DNA from: Octopus vulgaris
Lineage: Eukaryota
Assembly (NCBI GenBank): GCA_951406725.2
Contig: OX597819.1
Span: 30,752,001 to 30,816,000 of the forward strand
DNA length: 64,000 nt
Reading direction: 5' to 3'
Positions 50,201-61,392 of the stretch are shown here, piece after piece. Position 1 is the first letter of the stretch; each line of letters starts with the position of its first letter. The notes under the pieces were generated by a model that saw nothing but the letters and a program-made list of their open reading frames with translations, had not been told where the DNA came from and searched no databases. The position numbers and the translations under genes were made by a program.

Positions 50201-51191
50201 TATAGCAGTTGTGCTGTTATACATATACATACAAAAACCAAAAGAAAGTGATTCAATGATTCATTCACCACCTCGCTACAATCATACCTTTGACATAAGA
50301 TTTCCTCTTTTTACCTTCTCTATCACAACTACAACTGCTTTTGAAACCGCTACCTGTACAACTTCTTCCACCAAGGTGCACCCGTCATCTATACTGTCTT
50401 GCCGTCAACTTCAACCAAGTCCTTCCTTCTAACAATGCATCCTTTAGGAATTTGTTTGCCATACAATAAATATCAACCAACAAATGATCGTACATCAACT
50501 TCATTATTATGGGACAACCTGAAAAGCTCATGGATATTGCTGTCTCTGCAATAAATAATGTTATCGCCTGTATAACTGCTCATATGGAATAAAGGAATGG
50601 TAGCATAAAATGAAGAGAAAAATGAGCAGAGTTTGGGGCAGCTGTCACTCAAACAACATGGGAAAAGGAAAAGGAACGGAAGTTGGATAAAAAAATATAT
50701 AAAATTGACATTTGGGAGGGAAAACATTTTCACAGAAACGTATGAATACTAAAAAGAAGCGGGGTGGAAATCCAACCTTTTTCTTTTACGATGAGATATC
50801 GGGCTTCGCAGGACAACTATTCCGAAATTCCACCCAAAATGAACGGCTGAATGGCTTTTATAATACATCGCAAATAATTGGGTGAAATTTTGGAACAGCT
50901 GTCCCGCGAAGATCCATACTTCATCTTAATAGAAAATGGTAGGATTTCCATCACGAATCTTTTTAGAATTCATACGTTTCTGGAAAAAAATAGACTGGTC
51001 TTCAAATGTGAGACATGTCTTTACTGCTGTTAATATAAATACAAAAACACGCGTGTTTATTGTTTCTAAGAATTACGATGGAAATATTAAATACAGACTT
51101 ACAAAGAATGACCACAGACATTGACCAAAAGTTTTAAGGAAGGATTCCGATATTTTGTAGTTTTACACCGTGGACAGCCTTGTTCGTCCAT
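32642..51191 (-). CDS. MNAT1: CDK-activating kinase assembly factor MAT1 (TFIIH/CAK subunit), 304 aa
   Basis: complement(join(32642-32753,34349-34476,38246-38359,43014-43154,44716-44819,46239-46312,48729-48881,51103-51191)) = 915 nt, GT-AG and phase-consistent. RING finger [34 protein letters not shown]...CPEC; C-terminus LAGGF...[13 protein letters not shown]. Confidence 0.95.
34349..34476 (-). CDS. MNAT1: MNAT1 exon 7
   Basis: [11 protein letters not shown]...LYQYTPL...GPKVP; cag/gtaagt boundaries. Confidence 0.88.
34811..35222. mobile_element. MITE with GG-starting TIRs and an 8-bp TSD (Merlin/MULE-like)
   Basis: TIR ggatcttttYggtttgaacggcag; TSD aaacaatc at 34803-34810 and 35223-35230. 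Confidence 0.8.
35516..36943 (-). mobile_element. Degenerate mariner element
   Basis: Perfect 24-bp TIR ttgggttggcaagaaagtaatttt, TA duplication, and [11 protein letters not shown]...LGWKV. Confidence 0.88.
37107..37328 (-). mobile_element. tRNA-derived SINE family C
   Basis: aaggcggtgagctggcag head and ctttgcctttcatcctttcggggtcgataaa core; duplicated taagtaatac flanks; other copies at 52573-52803 and 38870-39135. Confidence 0.75.
38246..38359 (-). CDS. MNAT1: MNAT1 exon 6
   Basis: [15 protein letters not shown]...FSTGIKI. Confidence 0.9.
39207..39616. mobile_element. MITE, same family as 34811-35222 in opposite orientation
   Basis: Same TIRs; 8-bp TSD ctattttg/caattttg with one mismatch. 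Confidence 0.8.
40275..40827 (+). mobile_element. Deleted mariner-like element
   Basis: [25 protein letters not shown] at about 40448 and a C-terminal remnant FQKWQECWD. Confidence 0.6.
41258..41611 (-). mobile_element. RTE LINE 3'UTR fragment
   Basis: Same family as 17092-17503. Confidence 0.8.
41988..42394 (+). mobile_element. RTE LINE 3'UTR fragment
   Basis: gttggcattaggaagggcatccagccgtagaaac...ccgtccaacccatg tail. Confidence 0.8.
43014..43154 (-). CDS. MNAT1: MNAT1 exon 5
   Basis: [14 protein letters not shown]...[10 protein letters not shown] coiled coil. Confidence 0.92.
43434..43843 (+). mobile_element. tRNA-derived SINE family A
   Basis: Full copy. Confidence 0.85.
44716..44819 (-). 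CDS. MNAT1: MNAT1 exon 4
   Basis: [31 protein letters not shown]. Confidence 0.92.
46239..46312 (-). CDS. MNAT1: MNAT1 exon 3
   Basis: [24 protein letters not shown]. Confidence 0.93.
46456..47047. mobile_element. pogo/Tigger-like MITE
   Basis: ta-cagtaatgccttga...gtgaggtattactctg imperfect TIRs. Confidence 0.5.
47272..47576 (-). mobile_element. Chimeric SINE (family F body plus family E tail)
   Basis: 5' part matches 55688-55790; 3' part matches 53135-53303. Confidence 0.7.
47693..48145. repeat. Head-to-head inverted pair of RTE 3' tails
   Basis: (CAT)n arm 47693-47882, AT-rich palindromic junction, arm 47916-48145 ending (ATG)n. Confidence 0.8.
48729..48881 (-). CDS. MNAT1: MNAT1 exon 2
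   Basis: [45 protein letters not shown]. Confidence 0.95.
49159..49494 (+). mobile_element. RTE LINE 3'UTR fragment
   Basis: Conserved tail and (ATG)n end. Confidence 0.8.
50733..50982. repeat. Foldback element with 105-bp arms and a 40-bp loop
   Basis: 50733-50837 is an imperfect reverse complement of 50878-50982. Confidence 0.8.
51103..51191 (-). CDS. MNAT1: MNAT1 exon 1
   Basis: [29 protein letters not shown], then gtaagt donor. Confidence 0.95.
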
Positions 51192-51796
51192 GGCAAATAA
51201 AAAATATTTGGTTTCTCTCGCACAAAAATTATCCAGCTATATCGCCATCTCCTTTTAATGTAAACATAGGAAAACCATTTAAAGACAAAGTTTAGTAAAA
51301 TTTTCTATTCCATTTTATAGCACAGAGCTTTATGCTATATAAATCAAATATGAAAAATTGTTTAAATCATTTATTGAATTTAAATGATTATATTAAAGAA
51401 TTCGATATATAATTTCAGAGATATCTGGACTGACTAATTATTTTAGTTTCATTATTAATACAGGGAGACAACTCCGTGTCTCCCTGTACCAATAAGGAAA
51501 CCTCTATGTGGTCTACGATCTGCTAGATATAGCAATCAAGACTTATTCAGATCTCACCTTTCAGTCTAACAAAATACCACATTGAATGATGTAACCCTAA
51601 AAAATAGTCGGGATAAATAATGCTGTAATGCATGTCATCATGATTCTGCTCTATTAAGTTTCACCATATCAGTTAATTTTTAATTGAAAAGATAATATAT
51701 GGAGTAGGGTTGCAAAATTACTAACTGGGGTGCAATTAGTAATTTCTGATCTTTTGTCATTTTCTCCCTACCTGTTTGAAATCATTCCATTCTCTT

Positions 51797-52201
51797 TCTC
51801 TTTTACTTGTTTCAGTCATTTGACTGCGGCCATGTTGGAGCACCGCCTTTAGTCGAGCAAATCGACCCCGGGACTTATTCTTTGTAAGCCCAGTACTTAT
51901 TCTATCGGTCTCTTTTGCCGAACCGCTAAGTGACGGGGACGTAAACACACCAGCATCGGTTGTCAAGCAATGCTAGGGAGACAAACACAGACAAACAAAC
52001 ATATACACACACACTTATATATATATATACATATATACGACAGGCTTCTTTCAGTTTCCATCTACCAAATCCACTCACAAGGCATTGGTCGGCCCGGGGC
52101 TATAGCAGAAGACACTTGCCCAAGATGCCACGCAGTGGGACTGAACCTGGAACCATGTGGTTGGTTAGCAAGCTACTTACCACACAGCCACTCCTGCGCC
52201 T
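51797..52201 (-). mobile_element. tRNA-derived SINE family A
   Basis: Full reverse-complement copy. Confidence 0.85.
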
Positions 52202-52572
52202 ATTGCAAGTATTGCATCATCATTTTGTACTGTTGCATCACCTTTAGGAGTAAAAATTGGCCAGGATCGTTGTTGTTGAAGCTGAGAGAGTTTGAAAAAT
52301 AGTCAGCTGACAGGTACTTTTTTTTTTTTCAAGAAATTTTTCCTCAGCTTTGACTCAATTGTAATTGAGGTTGTTAATAAAATATCAGAATGATTTTTGG
52401 TGTTTAACAGTCAATATTCTTTTCTGTGTTGGATTCTAAGTCAAATTTTCCCCCACACTAATGACTAATTAGATAATTTTCAATTTTCAAAATGATATCT
52501 AAGATGGGGTAAAATGAGCTATGACTAATTCCAATAATCTCTTTTCTTTAACTGCATGGCACATAGATATAT

Positions 52573-52803
52573 ATTTCTTTATTACCCACAAGGGGCAAAA
52601 TACAGAGGGGACAAACAAGTACAGACAAACGGATTAAGTCGTTTACATCGACCCCAGTGCGTAACTGGTACTTAATTTACTGACCCTGAAAGGATGAAAG
52701 GCAAAGTCGACCTCAGCGGAATTTGAACTCAGAACGTAACAGCAGACGAAATACGGCTACGCATTTCGCCCGGCATGCTAACATTTCTGCCAGCTCGCCG
52801 CCT
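52573..52803 (-). mobile_element. tRNA-derived SINE family C
   Basis: Same family as 37107-37328; flanked by duplicated tagatatatat. Confidence 0.75.
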
Positions 52804-52995
52804 AGATATATATCATGGCACATAGATATAGAGGGAAGACGGTCATTCCAGCAGATCATGAAGACATTATGGGGAATATTTTGTTGAGATTTTAGATTTA
52901 GTTGAGTTCTGTTAATTTTATATTATGTGCCATTTTTCAATGATCCTCTTTTTATTTGAATTAGATATTTAATAACTAGATATACCCTGGATGGG

Positions 52996-53303
52996 AAGGC
53001 ATGTGGTTTAGGGGTTAGGGCATTCGGCTCACGATTGTAAGGTCGTGAGTTCGATTCCCAGTGATGCGTTGTGTCCCTGAGCAAGACACTTAATTTCACG
53101 TTGCTCCAGTCCAATCAGCTGGCAAAATTGAGTAGTACCTGTATTTCAAAGGGCCAACCTTGACACACTCTGTGTCATGCTGAATTTCCCTGAGAACTAC
53201 GTTAGGTGGACGTGTGTCTGTGGATTGCTCAGTCACTTGCACGTTAATTTCACGAGCAGGCTGTTCCGTTGATCGTATCAGCTGGGACCCTCGTCGTCGT
53301 AAC
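52996..53303 (+). mobile_element. tRNA-derived SINE family E
   Basis: A/B boxes (gagttcgattccc), gagcaagacact core and ttaatttcacgagcaggctgttccgttg tail. Confidence 0.7.
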
Positions 53304-53451
53304 CTACTGTTCTTACTCCAGCATAGGAGTAACTTTTATGCTGGAGTAAGAAGAGCATGTTCTTTGTCTATCTCCTTAACTTCTTGGAGATTTTAGGTAG
53401 AATTATACTAATGTGTCCATCTGTTCTAATTTAACTAAATTCTATGTCTTT

Positions 53452-53540
53452 GTGCAGCTGAAGATTGCTCTGCATTTTAAATTGATGTAATAATTGCATT
53501 GTTCAATTAAATGGAGTTGCATGAAACGATCGTACTGCAT
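53452..53540 (+). ncRNA. Type I hammerhead ribozyme motif with an extended stem II
   Basis: tgcag-CTGAAGA-[long imperfect hairpin]-GAAA-cgatc-GTA-ctgca; palindromic stem III ACGATCGT. Confidence 0.72.
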
Positions 53541-55600
53541 TACCTCTGGATATCCTTGTTGCTTATTTTGATTTTAATCACCTTACTTTGAAATTGTATG
53601 GATAATATCGTACTAAATTCTGGTCCCTCAACTTAGGTACCATATTCATCTGAATCCAAATTTTTGCTGAACTCATCTACCATACACACAATGTGTGTGT
53701 GTGTGTTCTTTTATTCTTTTACATGTTACAGTCATTTGACTGCGGTCATGCTGGAGCACCACCTTAAAGGGTTTTAGTCGAAGAAATCAACCTCAGCCTA
53801 GTACTTATTCTGTTGGTGTCTTTTGCCAAACCTCTAATATTATGGGGATATAAACACACCAGCATTGGTTATTAAGTGATGGTGGGGGTGGAGTGTGAAC
53901 ACAGACACACATAAATGCATACATATGTCTATAATACATTAAAAGTGAGCTTGAATCATGCTTGCTTGCAATGTTACCCAGCCAAACTGGCGCATCATAG
54001 GAAAATACTATGAATTAAGTTCCCTCTGAAATGTGAATACAAATGGAATAAAACAAGTTTTGCATAAATTGGACAAGTGGTTATTGAAATATTAGGGGTT
54101 TTCAGGGTATAAATACCCAAAATGGTACATAATGGGTAATTATTCTGAAAATAATTTAACCCTGAAAGGGAAGAAGCTCTTACCTTTCGATTAGACACAG
54201 TGACTTGACAATGAAAACATCTGATTTGTTTTTTACAGCAAATGTTTCTATTTTTGCTTTTGTTAAACATAATATTTTAATCATTGAGAAATATTTTTAA
54301 GCAAATGTGATTTCAAAAATGTAAGTCGTTTGTACAGTAAGTATTTACATTTTAGCTTTCTTTAAACAGACAATATTTTAATATTTTTTAAAATCATTTT
54401 CAAGTGAATATCATCGCAAAAATTTCTTTTGACATATTTAAAAAATATTTTAAAGTGGATATGACTTTAAAAATACGGTAAATATTTTGTAAAAGACCCA
54501 TTCATAATTTTGGTGTGAAATAATTTTTTTCATAGGGTTTTTTTCAAGTGCATTCAACGTATCTCACCTCCAAAGATTTGGCTGATAATTCTAGTACGCC
54601 CTGCTACCATGTAACAGCTATTTGCGATAAAGGACCCGAAATACCTTTTACATGGTAGCAGAAAATGCAAAAAATAGCAGTGAAATCTTTCCCTTTCTGG
54701 GAAAAGGAACCGTTTATGCATGATTTCGATGTCACATTTGTTGAAAGAATGCAAAATAACTTAAAAAAGAAATTTTTTTAAATGCGAAACAAAACTCCAT
54801 TGCTGGAAAACTCAGACTTTCCCAGTGATTCAATGGGTCACGGGTAGTCTAATATATTACATATATATGACAGGCTTCTTTCAGTTTCCATTTACCAAAT
54901 CCACTCAGAAGGCTTTGGTCAGCCTGAGGCTATAGTAGAAAACATGCCCAAGGTGTCACACAGTGGGACTGAATCCAGAACCATGTGGTTGGGAAGCAAG
55001 TGTCTTACCACACAGCTAATCCTGCACCTATATACACAAAAGATATGGTTGTATGGTTAAGAAGTTTGCTTTGCTGTTACATAGTTTGAGGTTCAGTTCC
55101 ACTGAGTGGCACCTTGAGCAAGGGTCTTCTGTTATAGTTTTGAGCTGACCAAATCCTTGTGAGTAAATTTCGTAGACAGAAAAAGTGTCGAAGCTTGCTG
55201 TATACATGTATGCTTGTGTGTGTATGTGTGTCACCCACCACTACATGACAACCAGTGTTAGCTTGTTCACATCCATAAAATAGTACTTAAAAATAAGGAC
55301 TGGAGTAAATTTCTCAATTAAACCTTTCAAAGCGATACTACAGTGCAATGACTGAAACACATAAAAGATACATACATACATGCATACATACATATATATA
55401 TATCATCATCATCGTTTAACGTCCGTTCTCCATGCTAGCATGGGTTGGATGGTTCGACCAGGGATCTGGGATGCCAGAAGGCTGCACCAGGCTCCAGTCT
55501 GATCTGGCAGTGTTTCTACAGCTGGATGCCCTTCCTAACGCCAACCACTCCGTGTGTGTAGTGGGTGCTTTTTACGTGCCACCTGCACATATATATATAT

Positions 55601-55913
55601 ATGGAGGCACAATAGCCCAGTGGTTAGGGGAGCAGACTCGCGGTTGTAGGATCACGGTTTCAATTCTCAGACCGGGCGTTGTGAGTGTTTATTGAGCGAA
55701 GACACCTGAAGCTCCTCGAGTCTCCGGTAGAGGTTGGTAGCGATCTCTGCTGTACTCTTTCACCACAACTTTCTCTCACTCTTTCTTCTGTTGGCCTACT
55801 CACTTAGCCAGTGGAGTAGCGTCATTTAAAGGCTAAAACAATGCAAAGCGCATTGTGACCAGCGATGTGTAGCAACATCTGATAGCCTGGTCAGTCATGG
55901 TGATCACGGTGAT
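55601..55913 (+). mobile_element. tRNA-derived SINE family F
   Basis: A box tagcccagtgg; body matches 3157-3415. Confidence 0.7.
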
Positions 55914-55923
55914 ATATATATAT

Positions 55924-56292
55924 ATCATCATCATCATCATCGTTTAACGTCCGCTTTCCATGCTAGCATGGGTTGGACAGTTCAACTGGGGTCTGGGAAG
56001 CCCAAAGGCTGCACCAGGCCAGTCAGATCTGGCAGTGTTTCTACAGCTGGATGCCCTTCCTAACGCCAACCATTCCGAGGGTGTAGTGGGTGATTTTATG
56101 TGCCACCAACACAGGTGCCAGACGAGGCTGGCGAACGGCCACGCTCGGATGGTGTTTTTTACGTGCCACCGGCACGGAGGCCAATCAATGCGGTTCTGGC
56201 TACGGCCACGTTCGGATGGTTTTCGGATGTGCCACCGGCACTGGTACCACAAAACTACAAATTCTATTAATGTTCATCAAGTTTGCTTTTGA
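55924..56292 (-). mobile_element. RTE LINE 3'UTR fragment
   Basis: Near-identical to 31007-31446; a shorter copy lies at 55402-55588. Confidence 0.8.
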
Positions 56293-56910
56293 TATATATA
56301 TATATATATATATAGGCTGTGTGTTCAGATCATGAAGAACACTGAATCTATTGAGTTTTTATTTTCCATTCTTCCCATAAACAAAATGCTAATGTTGTCC
56401 TTACTGATGGATAGGCTCAGAGAGAAAGGCTGAGAAAGATGGAATTGTTTCTGGAGCCAGTTGTAGGAAAAGCTGTAATGGGACAGATTTTGTTGATATT
56501 ATGGGTAATATTCAAACGAATCCCAAGATTGGATATAATGATTGATTGCTGACTATTCCTGCTATGCACACACATATTATGTGTTTGCATATATGTGTGT
56601 ATAGATGAGGGCCAGAGTTAGGTGGCCCTTTTGGATGCAGTCTAGGATGTTTGTGTGAGTAGCAGCAACAGTCATTGATGCTGGTACAGTATTTCATTGA
56701 ATACCGTCATCATCATCACCACCTGGTTGGGTGACTTACCTGCACAAAAAGAATCACATTGGTCTCACCTGTGCATGCCACGACTACAGATGATAGCAAT
56801 AGATCATTAGCTGAACTGGTTGATTCTGGTCATTGACAATTTGTTGTTTGTTCATTTGCTCAGCATCCAGTGATATTCACCAGTGATTCAATAAGTTCAT
56901 TTGCTGCAAT

Positions 56911-57317
56911 AGGCGCAGGAGTGGCTGTGTGGTAAGTAGCTTGCTAACCAACCACATGGTTCTGGGTTCAGTCCCACTGCGTGACACCTTGGGTAAGTGT
57001 CTTCTACTATAGCCTCGGGCCGACTAAAGCCTTGTGAGTGGATTTGGTAGATGGAAACTGAAAGAAGCCTGTCGTATATATGTATATATATATGTGTATG
57101 TGTGTGTCTTTGTTTGTCTGTGTTTGTCCCCCTAGCATTGCTTGACAACCGATACTGGTGTGTTTATGTCCCCGTTACTTAGCAGTTCGGCAAAAGAGAC
57201 CGATAAAATAAGTACTGGGCTTACAAAAGAATAAGTCCTGGGGTCGATTTGCTCGATTAAAGGTGGTGCTCCAGCATGGCCACAGTCAAATGACTGAAAC
57301 AAGTAAAGAGTAAAGAG
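56911..57317 (+). mobile_element. tRNA-derived SINE family A
   Basis: Full copy. Confidence 0.85.
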
Positions 57318-59345
57318 CTCTCCACCATCTCTTGGTCATCTCTTTATGCTGTCTCTCAATGCTCTCTATCAGGTAGCTAAGGCTTGCTGAATTTATAATG
57401 CTTCTTAGTCTCAGAGAGAAAGGAACATATGATAGAATTGTTGCAGGAGCCAGTTCTAGGCAAAGTTGGGATCGGTCAGGATTTGCTATTATGGGTAATA
57501 TTCTAGCAAATCGTAACATCAGATATAGTGGTTGATTCCTGAATATTCCTGCTACACACACACACATAACTGAATGTCACATCTGTGCATGCCATGACTA
57601 CAGATGATAGCAGTTTGTTAGCTGAACAAGTTGATTCTGGTCATAGACAGTTGTTGTATGTTCATCTACGGATACTCACCATTGATTCAATAAGTTTATT
57701 TGCCACAATAGTTCACAGCCACTAAGCAGCATCCTATCATTTCAATGCAACCCTGACTCAGGTAGTTACCAGGTAATAGGCCTTATCAAGGGGTCACTCT
57801 ACTTACATATTAATTAATCTATAGCTGGGTCCCTTACAAGTGCTACTACTCCAGGTAGGGTAGACATGAGAACAACAGTGGTTAAGAGGTGGTTCCTAAC
57901 TCCTCAAAACCTTGGAATTCTCAAATCAAGGCCCCGCTTTCAGATGCAGCATTGCAGAAGGATATTATAGGAAGGATGGAAATTTCATCTTTTTCTACAG
58001 TTAATAATATGTAAATGATGAGAGAAAGAAAGCAGAAGAAATGAAATATAAAAATATAACACAAAACAATTGAGGTTTGAAGAAATTTATCAATGCTTTT
58101 ATATATTACAGGACAATATGAACTTGTACACAAACATCAAACCCTGTTCAGTAAAAGCACAAAAGTTCCCCCCAGAAAATCCATTCATGTACCCAGAATG
58201 TCATCATGGTCTGCTGGATTACTTTATATTTCATACAAAATAAGAATATTCATAAAAGTGATAGCTGGAAGCAAAAAAAGAAACTATCTCTAAGCAACAA
58301 ACAATGGCATACCCCAGGTCCTGAAACAGGATGTACCAAACATTATGATAATTGTTTTTATTGGTTTAGGTTGGATTTATTTATTCTTATTTTCATATTA
58401 TATAAATGTAATATGTTTGAATAACAATATTTATAAATAATTATTTCAAATGTAGACACAAGGCCTGAAATTTTGGGCAGTGGGGGAAGCAGGGTGTTAG
58501 CTGATACCATTGACTCTAGTACTTTTTGACTGGTACTTTATTTTATTGACCCTAAAGAGATGAAAGGCAAAGTTGACCTCAGCAAGATTTGAACTCAAGA
58601 ATGTAGAGAGGCAGAACAAATAACAACAAAGCATTTGTGTCTAATGCTCTTAATGTTTCTGTCAATCCACTGCCTTTCCAATAATTATAAATAATGCTAC
58701 AGGAACATGTTAAAAGTCGTAATCCTGAATACATGACCCTCACTACAAAATGCGTCTTTTAAATAATCATGCTATTTTCTACTTTGATAAATCACATTTG
58801 GTTTCCCTTGTTTTAGTGGTGCAATGAAGCTGGTGGCAGGTGAGAATTTCAGAATTAGCAACAAAATATGAAGAGAAAAATTAATTGAACATTTTATTCA
58901 TGTATATGATGAAAATGATATATATGATGATAATGATGATGATGAATTCTTGCATCAATTTCAGTATGTGTGTCCAGTTGCTTTAACAAGTGGGCAACCT
59001 ACATATTGAATTAGTATGCAAAGTGGTTGAATATTCTACAGACACATTTCTCCTTTAATGTAATTCTCTGGACCTTTGAATTACAGGCACAGTCTGTCTG
59101 ACAGGTTTCTATACAATTTCTATCAAAGAAATTGCACTCACAAGGATAGAGTTGACCTGAAGCTATGATAAATGCTCTTATTGTCCAAGATGCATGGCAT
59201 CATAGCCTTGTGTGAGATTGAACCCAGGACTTTATGGTTTTGAAAAGAATTTCTTAAGCATTCAGACATGCCTGCATCCACGCGTGCACGCGTTTGTATG
59301 TATATATATGTATGTACATGTGTGTGTGTGTATACACACACACAC

Positions 59346-59376
<31 letters not shown>

Positions 59377-61353
59377 TATGGAATGTTATATGTTAGTGTG
59401 TAGGTGTCTCAGTTGACAGCTGGAATAATTGAGTTGATCATGACTAACATAAAAACATGAAAGTGATGCATAAAATATAGAGAAAAACTGTCCCTGAGGA
59501 TCTACGAAAGCCAAATCCAGTGTCATTTATGATGGGATGCAGGCTTGATACGTTTGTGCACTTGTGTTAAACTGAACATTCATATACTTAATGGGGCCCT
59601 TTTTTAAAGTTTATCTTCCTATCAATTATCTAGGTGTTGGAATTTTAAATAACATTTGAACTAAGTTATTCTTATATGTGTATAAATGCATCAACATTTC
59701 TTGGTTATTCTATATCAGACTTCACTTCTGTTAGTTGGCTGTGTGATTTCTACTGTGCAAGTCCATGTATCACATAGGCAACCATCATGAAGTATTTATC
59801 ATATATAAGTGCATTTATGTTAAGATCTACCACACAGGTATCTATCATACAACACAATCCCTCTCTGGTAACACCCACCACACAGTCCATCTTTGGTAAT
59901 GCCCACCACAGTCCATCTATGGTTACACCCACCTACAGTCTATTTATGGTAATACCCCCCACACAGTTCGTCAACCATGTAACAGTCCAAGGACATTATG
60001 AACCAATGAAGGCAGGCTCTCTAAGTGGTCTCATGACATCTAAAAACATCAGCTTTACATCCTTGAAATCACACCCTAGCATCTCAAGCAAGGCAGGAGA
60101 CACTGAATAATGTAATCCTAGATGTATTTATGTATGGAAATATCACTGGAGTACTTTTGATCAATAGGTCAGATAAATCAGAATAGACTTGGGGCTAACT
60201 AGCCACAAGGGATTCAATGACAATGCAATACTGACGATGGTCATCAGTGTCATTATGACAAATTCTTCCCAAGCCAACACCCTCCAGCTCAATGTTTTAT
60301 TCTGTTTTACTATTACAGTACTTCCAGCATAAATTTAGCTAAGATAGCTAAAACATGCCCAGGAACTAAACAACATGTGTTCTCTAGATGTTCATGAGGC
60401 AATCAACCAATACAAACATGCCAAAGGACTAGAAATTATATAGTAATCAATTAATACAAACAAAGAATGAGGCTTGGGTGCCATAAATTCTCTTCGTGAA
60501 CTAATATTCACAAAATTAATCTATAAGGAAACACTATTTCTATGGAGGTGACATTTATCTGGTATCCAAAAACCAACAGCAATAACAATAACAATAATAA
60601 TGAATAATATAAGTTGTAGCAGAACAAGTAGTTTCTAAAAATGCTACTTAATAATAATAGTAATAATGATAATAATAACAGCAACAATAATATAATGTAC
60701 ATGTATACCAATAAAAATTATATAAATCCAATTTTACAAGTTATTGTAATAAAGTGTATACACTCATTTATGCAATTTATGTATACACTTGCGTACATGT
60801 GTGTGTGTATTTCTCAGAGTTAATCACAAGACTGGCTTCGTGGAAAGACTTGGTAACTATAAGGGAGTTCAGTGTGTGTGTGTGTGTGTGTGTGCATTTA
60901 ATGATTACACGCACCTAACAAAACAGGTTCCCTAACACCTTGTAGGGGCTGTTTGAGAAATGAAGTGGGGAAGTAGAATATGGTTTGTGCTTTTCTACAT
61001 TACATTTGCACATTTGGGAGGATATACATATATTTATATCTATATATGGATATATTTCCATATATTCATATACTCTTACAATTATAAATATAGAAGAAGA
61101 AAAAAAACAGGTGAGGAAGAGAGATATTACATTTCCTTGATCAACATAACAATACTGGGAAAAGTTAATCAGGAGTACTCTGTTAGAGAGCAAAAATTGA
61201 TTCAACTTTTCATTCTTCTAGGATTGATAAGGTTGAACACATGAAAGCTTAAACAAAATCTTATTTTTATATTTAGGTACACGTAACATAGGAGTAATTT
61301 CAAATATTTGAGTGTATGTATGTGTGATAACATTTAGGTTCAAGTTACATACA

Positions 61354-61392
<39 letters not shown>

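Noticed and set aside
59491-59510. CTGAGGA-tctac-GAAA hammerhead-like core
   Set aside because: Stems I-III cannot be formed convincingly.
59787-60110. 107-aa ORF with TPT repeats
   Set aside because: Arises from a short degenerate minisatellite (ggtaacacccaccacacagtc); no other coding evidence.
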